A stretch of 64,000 bases of DNA from Candidatus Bathyarchaeota archaeon. Its GTDB lineage: Archaea > Thermoproteota > Bathyarchaeia > Bathyarchaeales > Bathycorpusculaceae. Below the pieces are notes generated by a model. It did not search any database, was not told the origin of the DNA, and worked only from the letters and a program-made list of their open reading frames with translations. The stretch is taken from positions 2,112,001 to 2,176,000 of the forward strand of contig OY970340.1 of NCBI GenBank assembly GCA_963717465.1. The letters run 5' to 3'. A program made the translations under genes and the position numbers. Below, in pieces: positions 62,860-64,000 of this stretch; within the stretch, counting starts at the first letter, position 1, and every line of letters starts with the position of its first letter.

Positions 62860-63495
62860 ATGGTCGAAATTGAAGATCTTAGAAAAGTGACAGCAGACGT
62901 AAAAATGGAAGAAATGGAAAAAATGACAAATGAACTCATTGCCAAAGGCGTTGACCCAGTTAAAATCCTTAACGACGGCATTGTAAGAGGTCTCTATGAT
63001 TTAGGCGATAAATTTGAAAAGAGAAAGGCCTTCATCCCAGATCTAGTAAGAGGTGAAAAAGCAGCCAGAAAATGCATCGAAATATTAACAAAACTCCTCC
63101 CAGCACAATCAAGTAAAATTTCCAAGAAAATAGTTATTGGAACCATGCTCAGCCAGCATAACATTGGCAAAAACCTTGTGAGCACCTTCCTATCAATCAA
63201 CGGATTCGACGTGATTGACATCGGCGAGAAAAAGGAGCCGTGGGATTTCTATGAAAAAGCCGAGCAAGTTCACGCAGACATGATTGCGGTCTCATGCATC
63301 TTTTTGCCATCCCTGACTAAGTTCCCAGAGTTGATTGACGTGTTAAAGCAAATGAAAGTACGCGACAAATACAAGGTCATTGTAGGCGGGACTTTAACCT
63401 CAAAGAAATGGGCTGAAGAGAACGGTGCTGACGGCTGGGGCTTTGACGCAAACGAAGGTGTACAAGTAGCAAAGAAATTACTCGGCGTGGCCTAA
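62860..63495 (+). CDS. Corrinoid (cobalamin-binding) methyltransferase partner protein
   Basis: B12 cap (G...LG.KFE....FIPDL), IVIGT..QHNIGKNLV, GF.VID.G, VGG, GAD. Confidence 0.9.
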   Translation: MVEIEDLRKVTADVKMEEMEKMTNELIAKGVDPVKILNDGIVRGLYDLGDKFEKRKAFIPDLVRGEKAARKCIEILTKLLPAQSSKISKKIVIGTMLSQHNIGKNLVSTFLSINGFDVIDIGEKKEPWDFYEKAEQVHADMIAVSCIFLPSLTKFPELIDVLKQMKVRDKYKVIVGGTLTSKKWAEENGADGWGFDANEGVQVAKKLLGVA

Positions 63496-63548
63496 AAAAC
63501 CAAGCGCTGACGAAAACTGTTCATTACTGCTTGAGAAGTGAATTACTG

Positions 63549-64000
63549 ATGGTTCTTAGGTTTAAACGAGAACAGCTAACTTATGATATTTCAGGCACTA
63601 AAATCGGTGGACAACCTGGCGAGTATCCGACTGCTCTGGTTGGAAGCATATTCTATTCTGGTGGCAAAATGGTAAAAGACCCACAAAAAGGAATTTTTGA
63701 CCACGACAAAGCTAGAGCCACAATTGCCAAGCAAGATGAAATGTCACAGAAAACAGGAATTCCCGCCATAGTAGATGTTGTCGCCTCGACAGGGGAAGCA
63801 ATGGCAAATTACATCGAATTCGTCGCTGACGTTACAAAGGCACCAATGTTCATTGACTCTCCACAACCTGATGTTCGTCTTCATGCTTGCAAACATGCTG
63901 TCCAAGTTGGTCTGCGTAGTCGCATTGTATACAGTTCCATTACTCCTGCGTTCAAGATAAAGAGCTTGAAGCAATAAAGGAGTTAGGTCTTGAATCATGT
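63549..64000 (+). CDS. MtrH/MtgA-family pterin-binding methyltransferase (3' truncated; probable frameshift near 63957)
   Basis: IGGQPGEYPTALVGSIFY, P.FIDS, IVYSSI. Confidence 0.88.

Overview
Archaeal genomic window. Gene content (non-pyrrolysine MtmB-like methyltransferase, MtrH-like protein, FrhB-like protein, geranylgeranyl reductase, dph5, CTP-dependent riboflavin kinase, YVTN/PQQ surface proteins) is most consistent with Bathyarchaeia; this is an inference. In order it holds two modular beta-propeller surface-protein genes, USP, an FrhB-CBS fusion, class II RNR plus cobalamin adenosyltransferase, a Mo/W-cofactor cluster, a surface-glycan cluster, a housekeeping block, a PAS histidine kinase, a P1B ATPase/NikR pair and a corrinoid methyltransfer cluster. 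About 11 otherwise intact genes carry single-base indels, which points to assembly error rather than true pseudogenes. The most unusual signal is an unexplained module present in two versions (19-25 kb and 40-48 kb). Each has a DUF116 gene, an AglB/STT3-like membrane transferase and secreted or small very hydrophobic proteins, several sharing a helix-'LTPxG'-helix repeat; a further member lies at 52.3 kb. It is a candidate glycosylated surface or lipid-associated structure with dedicated modification enzymes. I saw no rRNA, tRNA or CRISPR array. All family calls come from motif recognition by eye, not from database searches.
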